A DNA stretch of 64,000 bases, taken from the IMG/VR virus record IMGVR_UViG_3300045988_066445, positions 1-64,000 of that record. One strand, given 5' to 3'. This DNA comes from a virus. Of the stretch, positions 1-7,797 are shown piece after piece. Below the pieces are notes generated by a model that was not told where the DNA came from, did no database searches, and saw only the letters and a program-made list of their open reading frames with translations. The position numbers and the translations under genes were made by a program. Position 1 is the first letter of the stretch. Each line of letters starts with the position of its first letter.

Positions 1-49
1 CTAGTAATCGTGTAAAAGCGATGTGTGGGTTGGAGTCCCACTGCTTCCT
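1..49 (+). tRNA. partial tRNA-like 3' portion (window starts inside the element)
   Basis: T-arm-like GTGGG-TTGGAGT-CCCAC followed by a 7-nt acceptor 3' strand TGCTTCC. T-loop is non-canonical. The 5' half lies outside the window. Confidence 0.3.
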
Positions 50-76
50 CAAAACCGTCGGGCGGTAACACGTCCC

Positions 77-101
77 CAGGGTTCGAATCCCTGTCCTTCC
101 G
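77..101 (+). pseudogene. tRNA 3' fragment (canonical T-arm plus acceptor 3' strand, no 5' partner found)
   Basis: CAGGG-TTCGAAT-CCCTG then TCCTTCC-G. No complementary GGAAGGA 5' strand within 100 nt upstream. Confidence 0.3.
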
Positions 102-106
102 CAAAT

Positions 107-180
107 ACGTCCGTACTCAAGTGGTTTAAGAGGATAGTCTCCAAAACTATTATTCCTAGGTTCGAATCCTAGCGGGCGTG
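107..180 (+). tRNA. tRNA-Trp (anticodon CCA)
   Basis: Acceptor ACGTCCG/CGGGCGT, D-arm CTC-AAGTGGTTTAA-GAG, anticodon stem ATAGT/ACTAT with loop CTCCAAA, T-arm CTAGG-TTCGAAT-CCTAG. No encoded CCA. Confidence 0.8.
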
Positions 181-203
181 CTCATTTATTAATAAATTAG
201 ATT

Positions 204-434
204 ATGAAAAAGTTAACAATTATTTCATTGGGGTTGGCTCTATTGTGTAGCTGTTCTAGACCGACTCTTGAGTCAGAGGCAACAAAGAGTGTTCCAGATG
301 GAATCATTCCGTTTGATGCTGTGATTCACTTTCGGTACAAAAACCATTATTACATTAAGTTTACTGAGGGATATGAAAGATCTAGAACCAGTGGAGTAGT
401 TCATGACCCAGATTGTAAGTATTGTAGGAGATGA
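204..434 (+). CDS. small lipoprotein (signal peptide with lipobox Cys: LLCSCS)
   Basis: N-terminal hydrophobic signal ending in Cys. First gene of the NfeD/flotillin operon. ATG preceded by the AATTAGATTATG motif. Confidence 0.45.
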   Translation: MKKLTIISLGLALLCSCSRPTLESEATKSVPDGIIPFDAVIHFRYKNHYYIKFTEGYERSRTSGVVHDPDCKYCRR

Positions 435-949
435 GTGAAGTGTATTATCTTTTGTCAGCCATTTCATATGGCATTTTTCTAGTTCAATTCATCTTATCTT
501 GGTTTGGTGGAGACACTGACTTAGATGTTGATTTAGATGGAGAACTAGATATGAATGTGAGTGATATTGTCTCATTTAAGGGATTAGTCCATTTTATAAT
601 GGGAGCTAGTGGATGGCTTTGTGTTAAGCAGTCCGTATCTCATTCTGTAGAATGGTATGATTATCTAATCGCATTAGTATGCGGTATTCTTTTCGTGGTT
701 ATACTTTACTACTTATATAAACTCTGTTTAAAACTCCAGCATCAAGTTATTCCAGAAGAGGGTGAAGCCTTGATTGGAAGGGTTGGAATTATCACAGTTC
801 CTTGTGAAAACCATTTCTTCATTACTATTGAAGTAAATGGAGGTTCTGAGGAAATTGTAGCCTATCCAGAAGTCCCAAAAATGGGATATATGGTTGGTAC
901 TCGTGTGGTAATTTCTAAATTTGAGAATGGAAAGTATTATTTTAACTAA
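431..949 (+). CDS. NfeD-like membrane protein (short form: N-terminal TM helices plus C-terminal OB-fold beta domain)
   Basis: Two to three hydrophobic helices at the N-terminus. C-terminal LIGRVGIITVP...FFITIEVNGGSEEIVAYPE...GTRVVISKFENGKYYF resembles the NfeD OB-fold. Start overlaps the upstream ORF and the gene sits directly upstream of the SPFH gene. Confidence 0.5.
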   Translation: MSEVYYLLSAISYGIFLVQFILSWFGGDTDLDVDLDGELDMNVSDIVSFKGLVHFIMGASGWLCVKQSVSHSVEWYDYLIALVCGILFVVILYYLYKLCLKLQHQVIPEEGEALIGRVGIITVPCENHFFITIEVNGGSEEIVAYPEVPKMGYMVGTRVVISKFENGKYYFN

Positions 950-967
950 AAAAAGAATTTTTAAAAG

Positions 968-2926
968 ATGACAACAGAAACTCTTATTGTAGCAGGTGTT
1001 ATTGTATTGCTAGTAGTTTTAACCTTTATTGGACTTTTGTCACGGTATCGTAAGTGTGCTAGTGATGAAATCTTGGTTGTGTTTGGTAAGGCAGGAAAGA
1101 AGAAGGTAGTTAACGAGAAGACTGGTAAAACGGAGGAAGTTATACTGCCGTCTAAAATCATCCACGGCGGAGGTACATTCGTAATGCCTATCATTCAAGA
1201 CTGGGCTAAAATGTCCTTGAAACCTATTCAGATTCAGGTAATGGTAGAGGGAGTGTCTAGCCAAATGATTAAGGTTAGGATTCCTGTGACATTAACTACT
1301 GGTATAGGAACCGATCAAGTACTAATGCAAAACGCTGCAAGCAGATTCTTAACAGCTAAAACTTCTGAAATCTCAGACCAAATCAAGGATATTCTCATCG
1401 GTGAAGTGAGAAGCTTGATGGCAACAATGACGATTGAGGAAATAAATGCTGATAGAATCAAATTTATCGGCAAGGCAAAAGAGAATATTGAAACTGAGTT
1501 GAACAAGGTAGGTTTCAGTATTATCAATATTAACAACGCTGATATCTCGGATGATGCGAACTATATCAAGAATCTTGGTCAGAAAGCTGCAACTAAAGCT
1601 CTTGCTCAGGCACAGGCTGACATTGCAGAAGAGAAGAAGAAAGGAGATATTCAGATTGCAGAAACCAACAAACAGCGTGAGATTGCCGTAGCCGATGCTG
1701 AAAAGGAAAGAGAAACTACAGTTGCTCAAACTAAGCAAGAACAGGAAGTAAAGGTTGCTGAGATTAATCAGGAGAAAGCTATTCGCTTGGCAGAAGCAGA
1801 AAAGAACAAACAAGCTGGTATCGCTGAACAGAAGGCGGAACAAGAAGCTAGTATTGCTCGTGCAAACACTCAAGCAGAATCAGCTAAAGCTGAAGCTGAA
1901 TCTCAGAGAATAGCTAATGTAGCGAAATCCGCTTCAGAGGCTGCTTCTAAGAAAGCTGCTGCTGACGCAGAAGCAGAAGCTAATGTAGCTAAAGCTAAGG
2001 CAGAAGCAGATTCTAAGAAAGCTGAAGCTGAAGCTCTGAAGCAAACTCGTATTGCTCAAGCTAAGCAAAAGCAGGAAGCAGACACTCAGAAAGCAATTAA
2101 TGAGCAAGAAGCTGCTACTGCAGAGTATGAGTCTCAGAAGAGAATTAAGGCTGCAGAAGCTGACAAGCAAGCTGGAGTAGCTGAGCAGAAAGCAACTATT
2201 GAAGTATCAAAGGCAAAAGGAGAAGCTGCACAGGCACAAGCTGAAGCAGAAAAGGTAGCTGGTACTTCTAAAGTAGAAGCAAGAATGGCTGTAGCCAAAA
2301 CAGAACAAGAACGCCAGATTGAGGTTAACGAAGCTGCTGCTAAGGCAGAGGAAGCAAAACTTCAAGCTGAAATGATTGTTCCTGCTCAGAAACAAAAAGA
2401 GAGAGTAACTATTGAAGCAGAAGCAATTAAAGCCAAAGCGGTATTGGAAGCAGAAGCAGAAGCTGCAAAGATTTTGAAAGAAGCAGAAGCGAAAGCTGAC
2501 GCTACTAAACTGCAGTTAGAAGCAGAGGCAGAAGGTACTCGCAAGAAATTGCTTGCTGAAGCTGAAGGTAAGAGAGCATCATTGATGGCAGAAGCTGATA
2601 AGGTTCAAGCTATCGAAATGGCTCCAGCCTTGGCAGTTGAGAAGATGATTGAATCTGGCTTGACTCCACAAATGGTGGTTCAGTACAAGACTGTTGACCA
2701 ATTGGCCGGTATTGCTCAGGCATCTGCTCAGATGTTTGAACACATTCACCTTGGACAGGTTACTGTTTATGGTAATGAGAATACCGCTGGTAATTTCATG
2801 GCTAAGACTGCTGAGAACTTGAATCCTGCTCTTGACTTGTTACGTTCTATTCCTTTCGCTGACACAGTAAAGGAAATGTTCGGCAAGAAGCAAGCAGAAG
2901 CTACTGAGTTTGAAGAAGTGAAGTAA
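968..2926 (+). CDS. SPFH/band-7 flotillin-like protein (YqiK/FloA-like) with a very long Ala/Glu/Lys/Gln-rich coiled coil
   Basis: N-terminal TM helix, SPFH core (ILVVFGKAGKK...HGGGTFVMPIIQ...), then about 400 aa of EAEAKA heptad-like repeats and a flotillin-type C-terminus. Followed by a hairpin terminator. Confidence 0.75.
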   Translation: MTTETLIVAGVIVLLVVLTFIGLLSRYRKCASDEILVVFGKAGKKKVVNEKTGKTEEVILPSKIIHGGGTFVMPIIQDWAKMSLKPIQIQVMVEGVSSQMIKVRIPVTLTTGIGTDQVLMQNAASRFLTAKTSEISDQIKDILIGEVRSLMATMTIEEINADRIKFIGKAKENIETELNKVGFSIININNADISDDANYIKNLGQKAATKALAQAQADIAEEKKKGDIQIAETNKQREIAVADAEKERETTVAQTKQEQEVKVAEINQEKAIRLAEAEKNKQAGIAEQKAEQEASIARANTQAESAKAEAESQRIANVAKSASEAASKKAAADAEAEANVAKAKAEADSKKAEAEALKQTRIAQAKQKQEADTQKAINEQEAATAEYESQKRIKAAEADKQAGVAEQKATIEVSKAKGEAAQAQAEAEKVAGTSKVEARMAVAKTEQERQIEVNEAAAKAEEAKLQAEMIVPAQKQKERVTIEAEAIKAKAVLEAEAEAAKILKEAEAKADATKLQLEAEAEGTRKKLLAEAEGKRASLMAEADKVQAIEMAPALAVEKMIESGLTPQMVVQYKTVDQLAGIAQASAQMFEHIHLGQVTVYGNENTAGNFMAKTAENLNPALDLLRSIPFADTVKEMFGKKQAEATEFEEVK

Positions 2927-2931
2927 TCACA

Positions 2932-2990
2932 GCGAAGGGGCTTTACAAAGAATTAGTAAAGTATAACAAAAGCCCCTTCGCAATTTGGAG
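2932..2990 (+). terminator. putative rho-independent terminator after the flotillin gene
   Basis: 13-bp perfect stem GCGAAGGGGCTTT/AAAGCCCCTTCGC followed by AATTT. Confidence 0.5.
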
Positions 2991-3074
2991 GTATGGGTGA
3001 GCGGTCTAAACCAGAGTCCTGCTAAGACTCCGGGCCTCAAAAGGGTCCCGCTGGTTCGAATCCAGCTGCCTCCG
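2987..3074 (+). tRNA. tRNA-Ser (anticodon GCU), type II with long variable arm
   Basis: Acceptor GGAGGTA/TGCCTCC, anticodon stem GAGTC/GACTC with loop CTGCTAA, long variable arm CGGGCCTCAAAAGGGTCCCG, T-arm CTGG-TTCGAAT-CCAG. Confidence 0.8.
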
Positions 3075-3098
3075 CATTAACTTAAATAATTATTAGAT

Positions 3099-3518
3099 AT
3101 GAGCGAATGGAAATACATAGATTCAATCGCAGAGCTATCCGATTTTGAATGTGCACACTGCGATACAAGAGATTTTTATATGGTTACTTATGATACTATA
3201 AGTCAACCTTGGAAAGTATTAAATAAATTCCTGAAAAAGAATAGAATTATAGTAGAACAATGTTCGTTTAATAAGGACGAGATTATTCCCTTACTAAAGA
3301 GTTTAGAGACTGCATCGGGTGGTGAGGGAGACTGGAGGCATTTGGTATTGGATTCTATTGACCATTGGTGGATAAAGTATATCCGTTTCCAGAGACTTAG
3401 TAATGGACAATACTTTTGTTTTACTGATTCTGCTGATACTATTATTCCGCTTTATAAGGATAAACTTAAGGCAGAGTTCGTGAATCAGGATGAAAATCAT
3501 AAAGTTCATGGAAGATAA
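3099..3518 (+). CDS. hypothetical protein
   Basis: 139-aa ORF preceded by an ATTAGAT-ATG motif. No recognisable domain. Confidence 0.4.
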   Translation: MSEWKYIDSIAELSDFECAHCDTRDFYMVTYDTISQPWKVLNKFLKKNRIIVEQCSFNKDEIIPLLKSLETASGGEGDWRHLVLDSIDHWWIKYIRFQRLSNGQYFCFTDSADTIIPLYKDKLKAEFVNQDENHKVHGR

Positions 3519-3744
3519 AATTGAAATATTTAGAAGCCTTCATAAAGAATTTCTCAGTATGCTTCTAGATGATACTTGGCTATGTGAGGAGCCTATTGAA
3601 CTAGCAGAAGTAGAAGCGTGTTGGCAGTGGGCTATAGAAGTAGGAGAAGAAGTTGTTCCGTTAGAAGACTTTGAAAAAGAATTTAAGTTTTCTTTACAGG
3701 ATTTAACTAACTGGTGGAACAAAAAAATACTAGAATTGGAATAA
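3490..3744 (+). CDS. hypothetical protein
   Basis: 84-aa ORF overlapping the upstream gene end. Acidic C-terminus. Confidence 0.35.
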   Translation: MKIIKFMEDKIEIFRSLHKEFLSMLLDDTWLCEEPIELAEVEACWQWAIEVGEEVVPLEDFEKEFKFSLQDLTNWWNKKILELE

Positions 3745-3941
3745 CTGATAGTTGAAAGTGCACTTAGTAGACTATCGACTGCATAGACCCCTTATGTAGT
3801 ATATAGAGTGGATGGCTGAGGGATAAATCCAGCAAAACGCTATTAGTAGTGCGCAATGCTAATAACCTTAAGTCCGTTGAAGTCGCCTTAGTACGTGCGT
3901 AACATACTCGGAAATGCATAACTTGCTTTGGGACTCTTTTC

Positions 3942-3986
3942 CATAGATGAAGGTTTTATCCGTTTACTTCATCTATGCCTTTACAT
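3942..3986 (+). terminator. hairpin plus T-run (possible terminator or processing site upstream of tRNA-Phe)
   Basis: 11-bp stem CATAGATGAAG/CTTCATCTATG then CCTTTACATT. A second overlapping inverted repeat ATCCGTTTA/TAAACGGAT. Confidence 0.4.
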
Positions 3987-3999
3987 TATAAACGGATAT

Positions 4000-4076
4000 G
4001 GGACGATAGCTCAGTAGGTAGAGCGCTGGACTGAAAATCCAGGACGTTAGCGGCAGTTCGATCCTGCCTCGTCCCA
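4000..4076 (+). tRNA. tRNA-Phe (anticodon GAA)
   Basis: Acceptor GGGACGA/TCGTCCC, D-arm GCTC-AGTAGGTA-GAGC, anticodon loop CTGAAAA, T-arm GGCAG-TTCGATC-CTGCC. Unusually long (9-nt) variable region. Confidence 0.75.
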
Positions 4077-4140
4077 CTTGCATTGTGTGTTTTTCATGGT
4101 AAATAGACTTAGTGGTTCGTGAGAATAGCTGAGCCAAAAT

Positions 4141-4212
4141 TGGGTTATGGTGTAATGGTTAGCACTACAGATTTTGATTCTGTCAGTCTAGGTTCGAGTC
4201 CTAGTAGCCCAA
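4141..4212 (+). tRNA. tRNA-Gln (anticodon UUG)
   Basis: Acceptor TGGGTTA/TAGCCCA, anticodon stem ACAGA/TCTGT with loop TTTTGAT, T-arm CTAGG-TTCGAGT-CCTAG. Confidence 0.75.
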
Positions 4213-4226
4213 CAAACTTAACAAAT

Positions 4227-4553
4227 ATGGAAGAGATAGAAAAGATTAATATCATTAACAAGAGGCTTAGGCAAAAAGAAGCCAGAGCAGACTGGAAATG
4301 GGTAAATGATGGCAAACAATTTGGTTGGGCACGTGGTTGCTCTAAGAACCGTAAATCTAAGAGAGGATATGAGGTAGGAACTAAGGAAAGTAGGAAGCTT
4401 GAGAGGAAATGGTTTAAAAATATACACCACAAGATATTATTTCATATTCCATTAACCGAAGAAGAGTCTAACAGTCTTGAATTTCATTACAAATGGAGAG
4501 AACAAACTCATATGATTCAAGCGTTAATTAACGATATACGTTCTAAATTATGA
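4227..4553 (+). CDS. hypothetical basic protein (start moved downstream of tRNA-Gln)
   Basis: The track ORF 4119..4553 overlaps tRNA-Gln. The first Met after the tRNA (MEEIEKINIINKRL...) is at 4227. Lys/Arg-rich. Confidence 0.4.
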   Translation: MEEIEKINIINKRLRQKEARADWKWVNDGKQFGWARGCSKNRKSKRGYEVGTKESRKLERKWFKNIHHKILFHIPLTEEESNSLEFHYKWREQTHMIQALINDIRSKL

Positions 4554-4726
4554 AGCCAGAAGATTATAGAAAAGTTGTCAAGTTTTGTGACAAAGGTAAA
4601 TGTAAAGTTCGAGAAAATTCATTCGGAGTTTGTTGGTGTGTTAGGTGTGGTAAGCTACACTCTGATGCAGCAGAAAAGTTAAAACCAGAAGAACAAATAA
4701 TAGTAAGAAATGAGAGTAATAATTAA
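4550..4726 (+). CDS. small zinc-ribbon protein (58 aa, CxxC...CxxC)
   Basis: ATGA start/stop overlap with the upstream gene. MKPEDYRKVVKFCDKGKCKV...CWCVRCGKLH carries four Cys in two pairs. Confidence 0.35.
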   Translation: MKPEDYRKVVKFCDKGKCKVRENSFGVCWCVRCGKLHSDAAEKLKPEEQIIVRNESNN

Positions 4727-4925
4727 TAGTTGTTTAGTTACAGAATTGTTTGCCAATTTTCAAACTTCTATAGATAGAAAAAGTATCATAGGAGAAACAC
4801 ATTCCGTAGAAGAAACGGAAAAGTTGATGCTAGAATTTGCTAAGTTTAATATAAAACCAAGCGATGTTCTAGGGAAGACGGTAATATTTGAATGCAAATC
4901 AATAAGTGCATACGAATAATATTTA

Positions 4926-5000
4926 GGACCTATAGCTCAGTCTGGTCAGAGCAGCTGACTCATAATCAGAAGGTCGGGGGTTCAAAGCCCTCTAGGTCCA
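4926..5000 (+). tRNA. tRNA with CAU anticodon (Met, fMet or Ile2-lysidine)
   Basis: Acceptor GGACCTA/TAGGTCC, D-arm GCTC-AGTCTGGTCA-GAGC, anticodon loop CTCATAA, T-arm GGGGG-TTCAAAG-CCCTC. Confidence 0.75.
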
Positions 5001-5005
5001 CACTT

Positions 5006-5074
5006 GAGCCTACCTAATTGGAATAAAGGTCTAGACGCGTTGGCTAGATTTGGGTTCAAGTCCCAATAGGTTCA
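5006..5074 (+). tRNA. atypical tRNA-like element (69 nt; reduced D-arm, enlarged 9-nt anticodon loop)
   Basis: Acceptor GAGCCTA/TAGGTTC pairs 7/7 and the T-arm TTGGG-TTCAAGT-CCCAA is canonical. D region is only about 15 nt and the anticodon arm TCTAG-ACGCGTTGG-CTAGA has a 9-nt loop. Identity unresolved. Confidence 0.35.
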
Positions 5075-5211
5075 CATAATCAGATACGGAGAAAGTAGTA
5101 CAACCGAAAAGACATATCAAGTAATATAGGTTGCCACGAGTATAGTCGGCTTATATTGCGCTCCATGGAACGGATATGAGGTCTGATTTCAAATAATTAA
5201 AAATAAAACTT

Positions 5212-5622
5212 ATGAATTATCAGTATTTTGGATTGTTCTTAGATGAACCAACTAGAAACAAACTTATGCAAGTTATCATTGGAAATCCCATCATTTGCAA
5301 TCTGGTGTTCCAAAGAGGAAGTACTATTTATTTAGACCATTGCACTCTTCTCCATAAAAATCAACATGAAGAAAAGATGGCTAATGACCTACAATATCGT
5401 ATAGATGGTAATTTTCGATTAATTGTAAACAAAATAGGGATTTCTGAGAAAGCAATAGCTTTTGGAGTAGAATTGGGAGACCAATATCTGCCTTGTGCAA
5501 ATGCTAAACCTCATATCACTATTTGTACAATCAACAAGGGTAAACCAGTAGATAGCAATGGTATTGCAACTTGGATTCCAATTCCAGAATTTAGTATTTA
5601 TTGCCATCTTAAAGTAGTATAA
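5212..5622 (+). CDS. hypothetical protein
   Basis: 136-aa ORF with no recognisable motif. Confidence 0.4.
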   Translation: MNYQYFGLFLDEPTRNKLMQVIIGNPIICNLVFQRGSTIYLDHCTLLHKNQHEEKMANDLQYRIDGNFRLIVNKIGISEKAIAFGVELGDQYLPCANAKPHITICTINKGKPVDSNGIATWIPIPEFSIYCHLKVV

Positions 5623-5623
5623 T

Positions 5624-6085
5624 ATGTGGGGAAGAAAGAGTCCTATAGAAGAATATCTGGACAAGCATCCAGACAGCACTCTAAGAGAGTATAATGAATA
5701 TGTTAAGGAAGAAGAACGGAAGAGACACCAAGAGAAGGTAGATAGCGATAATAGACATAAAGCACTACTTAAAAGCTATATAGGAAAGTGTTTCAAGATA
5801 GACTTCAATGGTATGTCAACAATGTTTTTCAGACTTACATCCGACCCAACAGATCCACGAAGTAGTAGAATCGAAGAGGATGCCTATTCAGTTTATATTG
5901 ATTCATCTAAGGTACATATGGAATTAGAAAAGAAGAGGTATATTAATATAACGTGGCTTCCTGGTCAAGAAGAGTGGTATGGAAACTCTCACAAAGTTTT
6001 TCAAATATCTGAGGAAGACTTTAATAAGGTAGTAGAGAAATATAACGAAATGGTTAAGGTTGCTAAAGAAATAAAAGCAACCTAA
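5624..6085 (+). CDS. hypothetical protein
   Basis: 153-aa ORF, charged; abuts tRNA-Leu. Confidence 0.4.
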   Translation: MWGRKSPIEEYLDKHPDSTLREYNEYVKEEERKRHQEKVDSDNRHKALLKSYIGKCFKIDFNGMSTMFFRLTSDPTDPRSSRIEEDAYSVYIDSSKVHMELEKKRYINITWLPGQEEWYGNSHKVFQISEEDFNKVVEKYNEMVKVAKEIKAT

Positions 6086-6090
6086 CAGTT

Positions 6091-6172
6091 GGGGTAGTGG
6101 CGGAATTGGTAGACGCGCTAGACTTAGGATCTAGTGCCGCAAGGCGTGAGGGTTCGAGTCCCTCCTACCCTA
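6091..6172 (+). tRNA. tRNA-Leu (anticodon UAG), type II
   Basis: Acceptor GGGGTAG/CTACCCT (G1-U72), anticodon stem CTAGA/TCTAG with loop CTTAGGA, long variable arm GCCGCAAGGCGTG, T-arm GAGGG-TTCGAGT-CCCTC. Confidence 0.8.
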
Positions 6173-6357
6173 CAACTTTTATTTATTAAATAATATGAAA
6201 GAGTTAAGTGAAATTATTCAGGAAATGGTAGACAATGGCAATTCCATGGGTCAAATGGACCTAAAACTGCCATAGTGTTTGTTACAGAGGCTTACGAATC
6301 TGGTATAGAAAAGGCTCGTTCTCTCATAACTAATGAACATAACGAGGAGGATTACTA

Positions 6358-7770
6358 ATGACCGTAGAAGAATTAGAAGGTAAGCTGACTAGTATCTACC
6401 ATGAATTTGCTGAAACAATCTCTGAAAATGAGACTGATGAGCAAATAGTTGCCCGTTCTAAAGAGTGGTTTGTAAAAAGACTCTCAGAGGAAACTGATAA
6501 CAAAGAAGCTATAGAATCTATAGCTAATCAATTAGTAGGATGTCTCAAACAGGCATCTGTTTTAAGTAACCTAGAAAAAGAAAAAATGAACAAAGTTTGG
6601 ATGTGTTCTGGGTCTACATATACCCAGGTAAGCTCAGGCTATAGCGTTGAGCAGTCTCTCCCAGTTGGAATCTACAGTATTTGTCTGACAATGACAGGTT
6701 ATCACCTAGACAGATATGCGGATAAGTTTGTATTCCCGTACAAAATGTATGGTTTGCAGAACGAGTTTATTGACCATGTAATTAAGACGTATCACGCTAC
6801 AGAAGGCAATCTCGGAATTATGCTTACTGGTACAAAGGGCACTGGAAAGACTGTTACCGCTAAGGAACTAGCTAACAAGCTAAATCTGCCCATCATTATC
6901 GTAAAGGATATGGGAGACCATAATCAATCTATGATTGAGTTCCTTTCTGGTATTGAAGGAGATTGCATTCTGTTCTTGGATGAATTTGAAAAGAATTTCA
7001 GTGAATCGGATTCTACTATCTTGCAAATCATGGACGGTGTTTACAACTCTAAGTATCGCAAGGTTTTCCTGCTTACTACTAATGCCATGACCATCAATGA
7101 GAATATGGTAGGACGTCCGTCTAGAATCCGTTATGTCAAGGAATTTGGCAACTTGGATTTGAAGGTTGTGAACGAATATCTGGACGACGCACTTCAAGTG
7201 CCGGAAGCTCGTCAAGATTTGCTTGATTTCATTGATTCTTTGACTATATCTACTATTGATATTCTCAAAACTATAGTTAATGAGGTCAATATTCACGGTA
7301 TAGAAGGATTGAGAAGAGCTAAGAGCTTCTTCAATGTAGTAACTAATGAGTATGACTATTCCTGCGTCAGAGGTTATGCATATGCTTATGAGATTTCTGC
7401 TGATAAGAATAAATTCTCTATTGAAGAGTTCTCTAAAGCTGTTGAGAGATTCAACAATCCGATGCCGAAGCCTATTGTAGACGATGAGGATAACTGTACT
7501 GTTGAGGAAAGAAAAGCTCTTAACGAGTATTATGAATATCGCCGCCACAATTTCCACAATCTGTCATATTACTATGTATCTTCGGATATTAAGTTCGCAA
7601 ATCTGGCAGTTGGAGATGACTTCTATGATGACGAAATTATTGCGATTGACAAGAAACTAGGAATCGTAGTTACTAAAGACGGCAACGAAATCAATTACTA
7701 CTGGATTAAAGATCCAAATAGTAAACCGTCTCTGTATCGTAGAGGTGCTTACAACTCTTTGGTACTATAA
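6358..7770 (+). CDS. AAA+ family ATPase
   Basis: Walker A GTKGTGKT, Walker B ILFLDEFEK, sensor-1-like LLTTNAM, arginine finger region GRPSRIRYV. Unusually for this window it has a strong AGGAGGA Shine-Dalgarno before the ATG. Confidence 0.65.
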   Translation: MTVEELEGKLTSIYHEFAETISENETDEQIVARSKEWFVKRLSEETDNKEAIESIANQLVGCLKQASVLSNLEKEKMNKVWMCSGSTYTQVSSGYSVEQSLPVGIYSICLTMTGYHLDRYADKFVFPYKMYGLQNEFIDHVIKTYHATEGNLGIMLTGTKGTGKTVTAKELANKLNLPIIIVKDMGDHNQSMIEFLSGIEGDCILFLDEFEKNFSESDSTILQIMDGVYNSKYRKVFLLTTNAMTINENMVGRPSRIRYVKEFGNLDLKVVNEYLDDALQVPEARQDLLDFIDSLTISTIDILKTIVNEVNIHGIEGLRRAKSFFNVVTNEYDYSCVRGYAYAYEISADKNKFSIEEFSKAVERFNNPMPKPIVDDEDNCTVEERKALNEYYEYRRHNFHNLSYYYVSSDIKFANLAVGDDFYDDEIIAIDKKLGIVVTKDGNEINYYWIKDPNSKPSLYRRGAYNSLVL

Positions 7771-7775
7771 AACTT

Positions 7776-7797
7776 GGGGAGCTAGTCTCCCCTTTAT
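7776..7797 (+). terminator. rho-independent terminator
   Basis: GGGGAG-CTAGT-CTCCCC followed by TTTAT. Lies between the AAA+ gene and tRNA-Cys. Confidence 0.55.

Noticed and set aside
77-101. Prophage attachment site (duplicated tRNA 3' end)
   Set aside because: No integrase or recombinase gene was seen anywhere in the window, and the overall gene content is that of a virulent phage. It was kept only as a low-interest observation.
1040-2395. Minus-strand ORFs (1040-1264, 1373-1873, 1934-2170, 2207-2395 and similar ones listed throughout the track)
   Set aside because: They lie entirely inside long, well-supported plus-strand genes such as the flotillin coiled-coil region. They are low-complexity Leu/Phe/Ser-rich antisense translations and have no independent start context. 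No minus-strand gene in the window was convincing.
1560-2560. Apparent tandem repeat (GAAGCAGAAGCT...) suggestive of a repeat array or CRISPR
   Set aside because: It is the coding sequence of the EAEAKA heptad-like coiled coil of the flotillin. The periodicity is at the protein level, with no spacer and repeat structure.
4119-4226. N-terminal extensions of track ORFs 4119-4553, 7745-8320, 10721-10960 and 14636-15043
   Set aside because: These segments are tRNA genes (Gln, Cys, the CAU tRNA, Glu) translated in-frame. The real CDS starts were moved to the first Met downstream of the tRNA.
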